Source: an uncultured Nitrososphaerota archaeon
GTDB lineage: Archaea > Thermoproteota > Nitrososphaeria > Nitrososphaerales > CADDZS01
Length of the DNA stretch: 64,000 nt
NCBI GenBank assembly: GCA_963799845.1
Contig: CAWCYI010000004.1
Span: forward strand, 1,088,001-1,152,000
Direction of reading: 5' to 3'
In this document: one piece after another, positions 42,178 through 53,952 of the stretch
How positions within the stretch are numbered: position 1 is the stretch's first letter
Layout of the letters: each line of letters opens with the position of its first letter
Position numbers and translations under genes: made by a program
The notes under the pieces: model-generated
Databases searched by the model: none
What the model was told of the DNA's origin: nothing
What the model saw: the letters and a program-made list of their open reading frames with translations, nothing else

Positions 42178-42214
42178 AAAACATAACTACTACTATCATA
42201 ATAGTAGCTCCGCA

Positions 42215-43340
42215 ATGATCTATCTCAAAAGTCAAATCGATAATAATGAGAATACAAGTCGGAGAAGCACGCGAGCCAAACTGGCAACGGCCACTTTGAT
42301 CGTGGTCGGTTCTCTTCTAGTCTTATCGGCATTCTTGGCGCTTTCGGTCACAGTCAGCGCTGCAACTTCGGCTCCTTCCTCAGGTTTCAATCAGGACGGC
42401 AACGTGCTGATAACGGACCAGTTCAACAACAGGGTGATTGAGGTAAATTCGCTCACAAAGCACATTGTCTGGAGCTTCGGTTCAGGTAATCCAAATCTCT
42501 GCAACCCGGGTCCAGGCTCGATTATCGGATCAAATGATGCTGAGAGGGTCGGAAACGGGATAACCCTTCTCTCCGGCACCGGCATCCCTTCTGGAGTAGC
42601 TGGTACGACTGCCTGTGTCGATAACCGGGTCATCGCAGTAGATCAAAACGGGAATATCGTCTGGCAATACGGACAGGCGGGCAAGACCGGCTCCGGTCCC
42701 AACCTTCTGAACGTTCCGGTCTTCGAAATCCAGCTCCCCAACCACGACATCCTGATTACCGATCAGGGAAACAACAGAATCATCGAAGTTAATCTGCAAA
42801 AGCAGATTGTCTGGTCTTATGGTCCAACCTCAGGCCCGGGTGCTCTAAACTCTCCGAACAGTGCAGAGCTCCTTTCGAATGGACACATACTCATCGCTGA
42901 TGAAAACAACAACCGGGTCATCGAGATCACTCGGTCAGGTCACATAGTCTGGGAATACAGCCAGGGGCTGTCAATCGCCGCGTTTGCGAGCAGACTGCCT
43001 AACGGAAACACTCTGATCACTGATTCCGGACACTCTAGGATCATTGAAGTAACTCCTTCGAAACAGATCGTCTTCCAGTACTTTACCAATACTTCACCGA
43101 AAAGTAACTCAAACCCATCACCGAGTAACGCCGTAAGGCTCGCGAACGGAAATACTATGATCGCAGATCAGTTCAACAGCAGAGTAATCGAAATCAACTC
43201 ACAGAAGCAGATCGTCTTCCAGTACGGCATGACGAACGTTATCGGGAGTGGATTCAACCAGTCTGTTTGACCCATACACCGGATTCGTGATCGGAGACTA
43301 TACCGGACAGACACCACCGCCGGCAAACTTCTTTCCCTAA
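42215..43340 (+). CDS. secreted beta-propeller repeat protein (arylsulfotransferase/PQQ-like blades), frameshift near 43262
   Basis: Repeated LI(T/A)DxxNxRVIEV...IVW/FxY blades; shifted tail LFDPYTGFVIGDYTGQTPPP. Confidence 0.8.
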
Positions 43341-43466
43341 ATAACATCAAATCGGGTGGGAGCGTCTTGTAGTTTCTCAGCTCCCACCCGCATATTTTTT
43401 CACAAATCACTTCTTACCGCTGAATTAATTTACCCGCGATGCAGTCACTGCAAACCAGAAAGCCCT

Positions 43467-44213
43467 ATGCTGATTGAAGAGATCACGTCCGACAGAGCAT
43501 CAAAGATAATTGGCAAGATTGACACGCTCGTGTTGCCGGTGGGAACCCTTGAAGCTCACGGCCCGCACTGCAGTGTTGCTTCCGACATCATAGTACCGGT
43601 GAAACTGGCTCACGAAGTCGAAAAGCTCGCAGGCGATCGAATCTATGTCGCCCCGATAATTCCATATGGTCACACGTGGCACCTGAAAGATTTTCCAGGA
43701 TCGCATGATGTATCAGGGGAAGTTCTTTCCGAGTACGTTTATCAAGTTCTCAGGGGATTCCTTCCGTGGAAAATCAAGTATGTGATAATAATCAACGGCC
43801 ACGGAGGAAACGATAAAGCTCTCGGCCTGGCGGCGGAAAAAGCTGCGTCGCTTGGGATGAAGACCGTAATCCTCGACTGGTGGTCCGGCGCCTTCCTCGA
43901 GGCCCTGGAGAAAGTCGTTCCAGATTTCGATGGCCATGGAGGGGAGGGAGAGACCTCGCTCGTTTGGAACGTCGGAGACAAATACGTTGACGCTTCGATC
44001 ATTCCGAAGGAAGATAACCTACCGGCGAAGGCGAAGGGCATCGTGACATTGTCCAACGTCTATGATCCGGCCTTTACAAAGGCGCACTACCCGAAAGCAT
44101 ACGCAGGCCGGCCGTCGAGAGCTTCAGCGGAGAAAGGGCGGCTACTGAACGAAAGGGCGGCGGAGCTCATAGTGGAATTGATCGACCAGTTTAGAGCAGG
44201 TGAGCTTGCGTAA
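43467..44213 (+). CDS. creatininase family amidohydrolase
   Basis: PVGTLEAHGPH, INGHGGN, HGGEGETS. Confidence 0.93.
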   Translation: MLIEEITSDRASKIIGKIDTLVLPVGTLEAHGPHCSVASDIIVPVKLAHEVEKLAGDRIYVAPIIPYGHTWHLKDFPGSHDVSGEVLSEYVYQVLRGFLPWKIKYVIIINGHGGNDKALGLAAEKAASLGMKTVILDWWSGAFLEALEKVVPDFDGHGGEGETSLVWNVGDKYVDASIIPKEDNLPAKAKGIVTLSNVYDPAFTKAHYPKAYAGRPSRASAEKGRLLNERAAELIVELIDQFRAGELA

Positions 44214-44645
44214 TGTTAGGAGAAGTTGAAGTCATCGATGCTACCCTCGTTCGACCTATAGGTAGTATGAAAGAAAGAAGTTATTTTTCTTATTCAAGGA
44301 ATGTGAACTAGTAATTAAACACGGCAAAAAGAGGAGGACTCCTCTCTTTCAAGCTGATTAAGCCTTCTCGGCTGAATCATGCAGCGAGACGATGCGAAAT
44401 GTACGTATGTATATGCCCTAATAGATTCTTTTTCTCTGCGAATATATGTGGGCAGAATCAAAAGTGATGCAGTAAGACGTCTCTGTGCAAGTGAATCGCG
44501 ATATCGGACCGAGAAAAAGAAATCAGGCAATTGTCTGCTTTGAGGAATAAACTCTCCATTCATTTTTGGAGCGATTCAAGCGAAAAGACTATGAAAAAGC
44601 AGACGTTTTTTGGTTTGCATCCCTCTCAAATTTTTAACCTATCTT

Positions 44646-46025
44646 TTATTGCGTGCTGTCGGAATCCATCTTCCCCTTGAACGCGTAGATTGCTTCAGCC
44701 CTCTTCGGTTCGGTTAACCGCAGGAGGATAGACGCAATTATAGTGGTCACCAAGACTGAGATTCCGATCAGAGAGAAAAATGACTGATCTATGATGCCCA
44801 GACTGAGGGCAAATTGACCTATGATCAAGGAGAACTCTCCCCTTGGAATGAACCATGCTCCGAAAGTAGAAGGAGAGTCAAGCGTTCCGTCGAGGGTAAA
44901 AGTTCCCCGCTTTGCTTCGCGATTCATCTTGAGTCTCAGATTTCTGTTTGCAAAGTTCAATATCTTTCCGATCGAAAATCCGCCGAAGAATTTGCCTAGC
45001 ACGAGGAGAGTAAGAGCCAGTATAATCGGAAGTCCGATTGCGAGGGCCGGTGTCGGATCGATTAACCCTCCCATTGATACAAAAAACAAAACCAAGAAAA
45101 GATCCTTGATGGGAGCGATTCTCCGGGAGAGAAACTTGGACTGCTTCCCGCGAAGGGTGAGACCCACAATGAAAGCCCCCGTTCCGGGTGAGTAACCTAA
45201 CTCTGCGGCAATGACTGCGAAAACGAAAGCAAGACCCAATCCAAATAGAAATGGGATCTCCTCGAACTCATCGTCAAAGTAACTCAGGTAGTTGATTATC
45301 TTTGGAGCTACGAAGTGAGTAACAGCGTAGCCCAGTCCAACTAGAGCGAGACCTCCCGTTATCGCCTCTATTCCGGCGACAAGCCCCCTCGAGGAGGCAC
45401 TATTACCGATGACGTAATATGGAAACGTTCCGATGTTGGAAGAGGTTAGGGCGGAAAGCGCAATGAGGAAGACAACAGCAAACATGTCCTCAACTACGAG
45501 TAGCCCGATCAAAAAGCCAGACTCTGGACTTCTCAAAATCTTTCTTGAGAGGAATATCTTCCCGACGATCGCTGTGCTAGTAAAACTGGCACTCATTGAA
45601 AAAATGATTGTATCCAAAAAATTGAATCCGAGGAGGTAAGAGGCGAAATATCCGAAGAGAAAGGCTACTGCAACTTCAAGAGCGGTCAAAGAAATTATCG
45701 CCCAAGACATTCTCCTAAGATCGCTGGGATCGAGTTCAAGACCTATTACAAAGAGCAACAGTACAACCCCAATTTCCGAGAGCTGATTTAGCACCAGTGG
45801 ATCCTTTACCCAACCTAGCACATACGGCCCGACCAAGACTCCTGCGAGAATCTGACCTGCCACGATCGAAAGTTTCAATCTAGCAAATAGCACGCTAAAA
45901 ATGAGGGCAAAAATGGCAAGTATCGCGATATCCAGCAAAAATCCTGCTTGAGATGATGTCGTCGTAGAGGATGTAACCGACGACTCAATAACGTGTCTTA
46001 ATGTCTGGACTACTGGAAAGGTCAC
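44646..46025 (-). CDS. CPA2 cation:proton antiporter
   Basis: LLFVIGLE, TSTAIV, VEDM, GAF..G, PRGEFS. Confidence 0.92.
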   Translation of the reverse strand: MTFPVVQTLRHVIESSVTSSTTTSSQAGFLLDIAILAIFALIFSVLFARLKLSIVAGQILAGVLVGPYVLGWVKDPLVLNQLSEIGVVLLLFVIGLELDPSDLRRMSWAIISLTALEVAVAFLFGYFASYLLGFNFLDTIIFSMSASFTSTAIVGKIFLSRKILRSPESGFLIGLLVVEDMFAVVFLIALSALTSSNIGTFPYYVIGNSASSRGLVAGIEAITGGLALVGLGYAVTHFVAPKIINYLSYFDDEFEEIPFLFGLGLAFVFAVIAAELGYSPGTGAFIVGLTLRGKQSKFLSRRIAPIKDLFLVLFFVSMGGLIDPTPALAIGLPIILALTLLVLGKFFGGFSIGKILNFANRNLRLKMNREAKRGTFTLDGTLDSPSTFGAWFIPRGEFSLIIGQFALSLGIIDQSFFSLIGISVLVTTIIASILLRLTEPKRAEAIYAFKGKMDSDSTQ

Positions 46026-46187
46026 TCTGGGATGTCGTTAGAAACTCGACTATCGTTTATTGTTTTTGCAAGTCTTCTCTATTTGAAAAATTGAGACGGA
46101 TAGGACCCAAGTGTGAAACAACATTTCATTCTGACGCATCCACAAAACAAATGCCGTTGGGTGTAGCCCAGAATCAAGATGTTGATA

Positions 46188-47183
46188 TCAGACTGAAATA
46201 GGCGTAGGGACGACTTCAGTCATCTTACTATCCGAAAGCCTCTGATACTGATAAGAATAAGACTCCTTCGTCGTAGCCCCACCCACTCGGCCGTGTTTAT
46301 CGAGAGCAATCAGAGCCATGATCACGGTAATTTCCTCGTCGCGCCTAAGCATATTCCTCAGGGTGGTCTCGCAGGCTTCCGTCGGGCTGTAACCCTCCGC
46401 CAAAAGGTCGCACACGGTTCTGGTAAGCCCGTGCCTGATTGCTATTTCGCCGAGTCCGGTCGAGGAGCTAGCCCCAACTGGGGTGGCGTAAGTACCCGCG
46501 CCTATTACGGAAGAGTCGGAGACTCGGCCTGGAAGTCTCAAAGCCCAACCGCTTGTCGATGTCCCGGCTACGATTGTTCCCGACGAGTCTAGACAAAGAG
46601 TACCTACAGTACCCAACTCCTTGATCTGACCGGCCTCCATCATCATCTCGACGCCCTTTCCGAGTGGAACCAAGTTAGTGTCGTAACCCAGACCCTTGTG
46701 AATCTCCTCGATCTTGCTTTGGTCCTTCATTGCGACAGCGAGCTTTTCACGAAGTTCTTTCCACTTCTCGCGAGCTTTTTCGGTTACAGGTTGGTACTCC
46801 GGGAAACCTGCTGCCCGCGCAAAACGTGTGGCGCCATCTCCGCAGAGCATGACGTGAGGGCAAATCTCCATCACCTTCCTTGCAATGGAAATTGGGTTTT
46901 GGGTTATCGTGAGGCAGCTCACCGCACCACAGCGATAGACGTTACCGACCATGATGCTCGCATCAAGCTCGCCAACACCTTCGATGTTGGGAATGCCTCC
47001 GGTTCCGACGCTTTCTACGAGAGGATCGTCTTCTACTGCTCTAATACCAAACTCGACTGCATCCAGCGCGGAACCAGTCTGCTTCAGCTTCGCAATGCCT
47101 GAAGGTACCGCACTTCTCCCGTGGCGCCAGTTCGAAATAATGATTGGCTCCGGCAATTCTAGATTTTCTGTCCAGCTGTACAT
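46188..47183 (-). CDS. type 2 asparaginase / isoaspartyl peptidase (Ntn hydrolase)
   Basis: ALDAVE, ELDASIM, GTVG, TSTSG, GRVSDS. Confidence 0.92.
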   Translation of the reverse strand: MYSWTENLELPEPIIISNWRHGRSAVPSGIAKLKQTGSALDAVEFGIRAVEDDPLVESVGTGGIPNIEGVGELDASIMVGNVYRCGAVSCLTITQNPISIARKVMEICPHVMLCGDGATRFARAAGFPEYQPVTEKAREKWKELREKLAVAMKDQSKIEEIHKGLGYDTNLVPLGKGVEMMMEAGQIKELGTVGTLCLDSSGTIVAGTSTSGWALRLPGRVSDSSVIGAGTYATPVGASSSTGLGEIAIRHGLTRTVCDLLAEGYSPTEACETTLRNMLRRDEEITVIMALIALDKHGRVGGATTKESYSYQYQRLSDSKMTEVVPTPISV

Positions 47184-47270
47184 TTACCGTTCTGTATGCA
47201 TTACTGAAAAAGGGTTAATTGTGGCCCATTCAGTACGAGTTCATATGCCCTAAGGCCCTTCGAAGTGCTT

Positions 47271-48723
47271 TCAAATCAGAATCAGGTTTGATTCTGTCCA
47301 TGTCTGGAGCATTGCCTGCTCGAGAATCTTCGGCGCCTTAAAACCCCTGGTCAGCATTCCCCATTCACACGCTCTCTTGAAGGCTGCATCATCCACGAAC
47401 TTCTCCAAAATCATCCTCAGCTCGTCGTACTGGGACACTTTTACTAACAGATTCTCCTGAAACCAACATCATCGACAATCCAGTTAAAGTCGCTAGAAAG
47501 TCGCTGGGTTCCAATTCAGCAGAATTACCGATCTTTATGCTCGAAGGCATAAAGCCCCTCTTTCCGATGAATGTAGATACTTTTTCAGCGGCGGATAGGA
47601 GGTTTCTGAGAGATACGTTTGTGGAATTTGCTTTTGACTTGATGCGTGACATCGGTCCGAGAGGTTCACTCATTGCGGTCCTTTTAGGAATCTTTCCAGT
47701 CCTTGAATATGCTGCAACGAAATTCACCAAGGCGCAAAAAACTTGGGCAGGAGAGATGTATTCGTCTCCCAGCTTCAAGTAAGATATTTTGTTTGAGTTG
47801 CAGAGCCTGCTCGCAATCTTCCTGATTTCTGGTGTACCCAATACCATATCCAACTTGCGCCGATAGATTCTGTGCGCGCCGGTAGCAGAAATGAATTGAA
47901 CATCGTTGAACGAAGACCCGAACTTTATCAGACTCTCAAAATCCTGGAGGGCGCGTTCCTTGACATCGGTCGGTTGCTCCTCCGGCAAAGCGTATTTCCC
48001 CTTAGGGGTGTTTTTCCCATTTGCAAAATTCAGCGCGTCCCAGTTTACCTTGTTAATGCCCGTGTGCGGATGCCACAGAATGCTGATGGCTCCTCCTTTT
48101 CCCTTCAGCCGTTCATGGATATTTTCAAATCTCTTTTTCAGCTTCGCGTTTCCGTCCGGGCTCTCGAAAGTGCGATCGAAACGCACCAAATTCTTGTCAT
48201 TGTTGTTGAGGCTCAACGCCCCGCAGTACCAGTAAGGACTATCATCAATGTTCACAACATCAGTCGCGTCCAAGTAGACACTGATTCCGACTTTCCTCAT
48301 GAAGGGGTAGTAGTGCGGTGCCCACTGTGAACCGGCATGTCCGAAGCAGGTGGGCACGTGTCCAAACGTGTTCTTCAGCTCCTGAAGACCGCGTCGTTCT
48401 CTTTTCTCGATCTCTTCAGCTCCTTTCAGGACATCCATGTCGGCGATGTACTCGAAGACGACGGGATGTCTACTGTGCGTGTCGGTGTGGTATCCGACAT
48501 CGCAGTAATCTTTAATCCCAGAAATTACGTCCTGACGCTTCTGCTCTTTCATGAAGCGAACTTTTTCAGCTACCAACTTGGTAGTTACAGGAACTTTGTA
48601 TCTCCTGAGGATCTCAATCGCCTGAAGCGGAACATTGTTCGTTTCGGGAGTAACGTAATCTTCCACGTCAAACCAGACATAAGCGTAGATTTTGCTACCG
48701 CCGCCATCAGGATTTGTCTTCAT
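47271..48723 (-). CDS. polysaccharide deacetylase (NodB/CE4)-like protein, frameshift near 47420
   Basis: WFDVEDY, GYHTDTHSRHP, WHP; shifted tail FKAPKILEQAMLQTWT. Confidence 0.7.
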
Positions 48724-48865
48724 CAGGCGATGGGCGAACTCGCGCGACTATTAAGAGTTGCATGACTTCTTTAAAACGCCTAACCTTTCCGCCGAGATTA
48801 GGTCGAAATTCCAACAACACCATTCAAAAATAATTTCTACAAGATCTTTTGTGAATAAGAATTAA

Positions 48866-49971
48866 ATGCGAAATGAAAGGCCGAGAGTCAGAGATATTGG
48901 GCTGACCCCGGGGACGCTATCGCCCGGACAATTCAATTCTATCACCGACATAAAGGGTGTAAGGATCGGTCATGAGACCCTCATTCTTGGAGATGATGTT
49001 AGAACCGGAGTGACTGCTGTCTTGCCACATGAAGGGAACTTGTTTCAAGAAAAGGTTCCGGCGGCAATCTTTGTCGAGAATGGATTTGGAAAGCTGGCTG
49101 GTTCAACTCAGGTAAATGAATTGGGAGAGTTAGAGACTCCGATTTTGCTAACAAATACGCTCTGTGTTCCACGAGTCGCTGATGCTCTCATCGATTATAT
49201 GCTATCTATACCCGGAAATGAGGAAGTCATCTCTATCAATCCCGTCGTAGCTGAGACTAATGACGGCTTCTTGAACGATATTCGAAATAAGCGCGTGGGG
49301 AGGGACGAAGTATTCCGCTCATTGCAAACGCAACGACCGGAGCTGTTGATGAGGGATGCGTCGGTGCGGGAACCGGGACACGGGCTCTTGGATTCAAAGG
49401 AGGAATTGGGACTTCTTCGAGATTGCTTTCTGAAGATCTTAGCGGGTACAGTGTCGGCGTCATGGTTCAGACAAATTACGAGGGCCTCCTAACCGTCAAT
49501 GGAGCACCCGTGGGAAAAGAGTTGAACGAGTCTTACGACAAAGATAAGCTTCGATCGGGAGGATTTTTTGATCAAAATAATTATAGTCAGAAATTTGGTT
49601 CGGTTGTAGTCGTCATAGCGACCGATGCCCCCGTAGGGTATAGAAACTTGCGCAGGGCTGCAGTTCGTTCGGCTCTTGGACTTGCTCGGACTGGTTTTGT
49701 TTCTCAAAATCAAAGCGGCGACTATTTCATTGCCTTCAGTACAGCCGTAGAATCGCGCCTGGAGTTTTCTCCGAAAAAATCGCGAGCGCCTGAAGAGCTG
49801 CGAAACGATGCCATGAATCCATTGTTTTTAGGTGTCATCGAGGCTACGGAGGAAGCGGTCTACAACTCGCTTTTTCGTGCAACTACAATGAAAGGGAGGA
49901 ACGGAAGGGTGGTGGAGGCATTGCCCATCGAACCGACAAGAGAAATTCTTCGGAAACATAATGCGATTTAG
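48866..49971 (+). CDS. DmpA/S58 aminopeptidase, frameshift near 49320
   Basis: NSITDI, RTGVT, NGFGKLAGSTQV, EGCVGAGTG, GSVVVVIATDAP, SGDY. Confidence 0.9.
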
Positions 49972-50045
49972 GAATCGATTCGCTGCGATCAACAGCAGTC
50001 TGACGGAGTTTTAGACTAGATCATGATCGCACGGAAAGTTTAAGG

Positions 50046-50061
50046 GACCGAAAGTTCGGTC
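50046..50061. promoter_or_regulatory. candidate operator palindrome
   Basis: GACCGAA-ag-TTCGGTC directly after a TTTAAG box, upstream of the amidohydrolase. Confidence 0.45.
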
Positions 50062-50082
50062 GCGAAAGTCACTGAGCATAAT

Positions 50083-51372
50083 TTGACGAAACAAGTACAG
50101 TCCGAACCGCTCCTCTCCAGTTCCGGAACCGCTTATGTCATACGCGCTGGCAGTCTGATCGATCCAGAAACTGGAACCTCTAAGACCAATCAGTCCATTT
50201 CAGTGAAAGACGGAAGGATTGTAGAAATCGGTGCCAGCGTAGCTCCTCTGGACGCAGCAGAAACGATCGACCTTTCTGAATTCTCAGTATTGCCTGGGTT
50301 GGTAGATGCGCACAATCACCTGGCGCTAACGTACAAGAAGTTTCCTGAAAATTTCACTTATTATTACACTTACATCCAGGACTCGACCGCGCTCCGGGCG
50401 ATCCAGGCGGTTTCCAACGGAATGCAGATGCTGTCCTATGGGTTCACGGTCGTCCGCGATCTTGGCAATAACGCGCTCTATGCCGATTCCGCCCTGAGAA
50501 TCGCGATAGAACAGGGCTGGGTTCCCGGGCCGACGATCATAAATTCCGGGATCATCATTGGAGGAACAGGAGGACAGTTTCATCCCACACCTGAAATGGT
50601 AAGAGAACACAACATCGTTTATCCCGAATATCTTGAGGCTGACACGCCTGACGAGATCATAAAGGCAGTCCGGCAGAACGTACTCTTCGGAGCGAAGGTG
50701 ATCAAGATCATGGTCGATTCCCAGCCTTATCCATATACCGTGGAGGACATGAAGCTGTTCATTCGGGAAGCCGCAAATGCAGGTGGATTAAAGGTTGCAG
50801 GTCATGTCCAGACGGAAGAAGGGGCGCGCCGCGCGATTGAAGCAGGAATCTGGTCTATCGAACACGACGTTGCTCTCAACGATGAACTCCATAAGCTCAT
50901 GGCGCAGAAAGGGATCTGGCGGGTTGGGACTGAGACCCCGTATACCGAATACAGCGGCACGCAGGAGGAGTTCGATCGTAGAGTCACCCGCCTGAAGAAT
51001 GCCTATTCAAATGGCGTGAAGATGGCCTTCTCAACCGATGCAGACTACTACGTGCCGGGCATGACTCGAGGGCAGGTTGTCATTGATTTCCTGAAGACCT
51101 GGAAGGCCGCCGATATACCAGCGAAGGATATTCTGAAGATATTGACTATCAACGGCTACAAGGTTTCTGAGATTTACGACAAGCGCGGACCCATCAAGCC
51201 TGGCCTTCCCGCTGATATCATTGCGGTGAAAGAAGATCCGCTAGAAGATATTGACGCATTGCGGAAGGTTTCATTTGTAATGAAGGACGGGTTAGTGTTC
51301 AAGCGTGACGGAATCATGACGCCAGAAAAGTTCCTGCATGGTGGCCCGGTGAATGGTTGGTCGATTCGTTAG
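50083..51372 (+). CDS. metal-dependent amidohydrolase (Xaa-Pro dipeptidase-like)
   Basis: LPGLVDAHNH, GFTVVRDLG, SIEH, STDA. Confidence 0.92.
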   Translation: MTKQVQSEPLLSSSGTAYVIRAGSLIDPETGTSKTNQSISVKDGRIVEIGASVAPLDAAETIDLSEFSVLPGLVDAHNHLALTYKKFPENFTYYYTYIQDSTALRAIQAVSNGMQMLSYGFTVVRDLGNNALYADSALRIAIEQGWVPGPTIINSGIIIGGTGGQFHPTPEMVREHNIVYPEYLEADTPDEIIKAVRQNVLFGAKVIKIMVDSQPYPYTVEDMKLFIREAANAGGLKVAGHVQTEEGARRAIEAGIWSIEHDVALNDELHKLMAQKGIWRVGTETPYTEYSGTQEEFDRRVTRLKNAYSNGVKMAFSTDADYYVPGMTRGQVVIDFLKTWKAADIPAKDILKILTINGYKVSEIYDKRGPIKPGLPADIIAVKEDPLEDIDALRKVSFVMKDGLVFKRDGIMTPEKFLHGGPVNGWSIR

Positions 51373-51497
51373 CTAGAAGGACAAAAATGCGCGAACCACT
51401 CTGCATATTCTGAAAACAAAATTCGGTTGAATTGTGTCGTCTTCACAATTTACTATCGGGGATACTCTTCGCAAAAATCCTCGATTCCGTTTCTCTC

Positions 51498-52694
51498 CTA
51501 GTTATTTGGAGTGTATATTCGTCCCATCTTCAGGACATGTTGTATGTTATTTGGAGCGAGTGTTTCGATATTCTCCATGGGATTTCCCTTAACAACGACC
51601 AAGTTTGCTTCTCGCCCCTTCTGAATTCTTCCGCTGTTGCTAAGGCCGATGCAATCCGCCGCCGTTTCCGTTGCTGCGGTTAACGCTTCCCTGTTTCCGA
51701 AATATTTTGCCATGTTGACAACTTCAAGATAATTTTGCCCGTGCATCTCGTTCTCCGCACCAATGAAATCAGAACCACATGCAATCTTGATGCCAGCTTC
51801 CTTGGCAAGCTCCATGTCTTTCGTAAGGTGCCTTTTGATGAGGACCTCGCGATCTTTGTTAGCGCTCGGTTTTGCCATTAGGAACGGACTCAAGGTCGGC
51901 ACGTAAAATATTCCCTTTTTCTTGATCTGCGCCGCAATCTCTGAAGTCAGACCGATTCCGTGTTCGATCGAGTCGACCCCGGCCTCTATCGCATTCGTAA
52001 GGGCGGCTTCCCCGTACGCGTGAGCTGTGACCTTTACTCTTGCACCATGTGCCTCGTCCACGATTGCTTTCAATTCCTCTACTGTGAGTTGAACTCTCGG
52101 TGTGCCTCCTTGTGCAAAGCTTCCCGATGCGTAAACCTTGATCACTTCGGCGCCGTCCCTCAAACACAATCTCACGGCCTTCCGGCACTCCCATGGTCCA
52201 TCGCAGTAGTACGAGTAGGAGAGCCTTTGCGCGATATCAAGCGGCAAATTCTTGGGATCGTCATCACCTCCAGTTTGGGCAAGCGACTTTGCTGCCGGAA
52301 TTATCCTGGGCCCCTCGACCACTCCTTCGTTTACCACTCTTGCGAGGAAAGTTCCTACCTTGCTCCCGAGATCCCTTACCGTGGTGAAGCCGGCGTAGAG
52401 TAGCCTCCGCAAATGGTCAACACTTCTAAGAGCTACCAACGCGTCAGGGGTTGTCACCCACTCCATTAGGTCGTATCTCGTCGAACCAAAAAAGTGAACA
52501 TGTGAATCGATGAGGCCTGGGAGGATGGTGAATCCCTCTCCAGAAATCGTCTTGCTCGTATCTTTAGGTACCTGAACGTCTGAGGATTTCCCGCAATCAG
52601 AAATTAACCCGGTCGACTCGTCCAAGACGACAATTCCATCGTCGAAAAATTCTCTCCCATCAAAAACCGATCCCCTGATCACGATGCTGGTCAT
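51498..52694 (-). CDS. metal-dependent amidohydrolase (Xaa-Pro dipeptidase-like)
   Basis: LPGLIDSHVH, GFTTVRDLG, AHAYG, SIEHG, GSD. Confidence 0.93.
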   Translation of the reverse strand: MTSIVIRGSVFDGREFFDDGIVVLDESTGLISDCGKSSDVQVPKDTSKTISGEGFTILPGLIDSHVHFFGSTRYDLMEWVTTPDALVALRSVDHLRRLLYAGFTTVRDLGSKVGTFLARVVNEGVVEGPRIIPAAKSLAQTGGDDDPKNLPLDIAQRLSYSYYCDGPWECRKAVRLCLRDGAEVIKVYASGSFAQGGTPRVQLTVEELKAIVDEAHGARVKVTAHAYGEAALTNAIEAGVDSIEHGIGLTSEIAAQIKKKGIFYVPTLSPFLMAKPSANKDREVLIKRHLTKDMELAKEAGIKIACGSDFIGAENEMHGQNYLEVVNMAKYFGNREALTAATETAADCIGLSNSGRIQKGREANLVVVKGNPMENIETLAPNNIQHVLKMGRIYTPNN

Positions 52695-52777
52695 ATTTCG
52701 CCGGTTTAGAACTGAGAAGAAATAACTGTTTTCCCTTAATTCCTATCTGGCCGAGGAGAGATTCTCCGACGAACAGT

Positions 52778-53618
52778 CTAAACTGATACCCACTTTATCC
52801 TAGAGTCTTTAGCCATTAATCGTCCCAGTTGCATGTGTGCAGGAATCAGCAGTGCATCCTCTTGCAGAGCAGATTTTGTCAACGAATCTTTGCTTCGAAG
52901 GTTTGTCTCAAAATCCGCCCAGCTCGCCATTGCTGAGGGGTTTTCCACTTCGACGAAATCGTGGAAGAGATCGCCTAAACAGTAGACTGTTTCTCCGCCT
53001 GAATTAAGTCTCACTATCTGATGGCCCGGAGTCTCGCCCGGCGCGGGGACAATTGCGATTTCCGGGAATAGTTCTATTTTCCCGCTAGTGACGTGCAAAA
53101 CGCCAGCATCGCGAAGAACGCCCAGACTGTTGCTGACTTCGGAACTGGGATTTTTCAATGACTCCTGCGTTTCCGCTCGATCCCAGTCAGCTCGATTCAA
53201 GAAATATGTTGCATTCGGGAAGGATGGTTGGAATAATTCTTCAGCATTTTTTCTAGTCACGCCGGCGTAGTGATCAAAGTGGGCGTGTGTTATCACGACG
53301 TGAGTGACATTCGATAGTGAAATCCCTGAACTTTCAAGCTGATCGAAAATTCCTGGAGGAGGAATATAGTCAGGAGGCGAGAATTCGGAACCTAGTGGCG
53401 AAGACAGCAAATAGTCGTTCGGATCCACAATGATTGAAGCTTTTCCGGGCAAAGATATGTGAACTGTCAGGCTAGGAAAAAGCCTCGTCGTCTTGACGAA
53501 TTCATCGTCAGCTCGAATCCCAGCGACTCTGAACGTTCATGATATCGGCGAGCCGAATTGCTAGCTCGCCGTTGTTGAATATCGATACTATTGCGCTGCC
53601 TACTGGGACCTTCTTCAA
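52778..53618 (-). CDS. metallo-beta-lactamase fold hydrolase, frameshift near 53520
   Basis: THAHFDH, PGETPGH, GDLFH; TTG start at 53618. Confidence 0.85.
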
Positions 53619-53952
53619 ACTATTTCCTCATCGCTTTGAAATAGTTATTTCCATTCTTGGACATAACTAGTTGTCTCATGAACTCGCCTAGAAATCTCTG
53701 CGCCAATAGAGGAATAGACGGATACGTTTGCGGGTAAGCCAACACCGAAGCATCCTTGTCGCATCTTTCATTCTTCCAAATCAAATGAAAATCTCAAAGA
53801 TATTTTTAGATCTCTATGTTTTGAATCCTACCCTAATTCTTGGCTAATTTTCGAAAGCGTCGTAAATCTGTGGATTTGAAAAATTTTCTGAATTTTTTCA
53901 TGGATTCTCTTAAATTCGATTAGCGAAAATCCCGTTCGCAAAGTGCTTCTCG

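Noticed and set aside
31800-42200. tRNA integration target for the decayed element
   Set aside because: No cloverleaf or T-loop consensus recognised by eye; tRNAscan-SE would be needed to exclude it.
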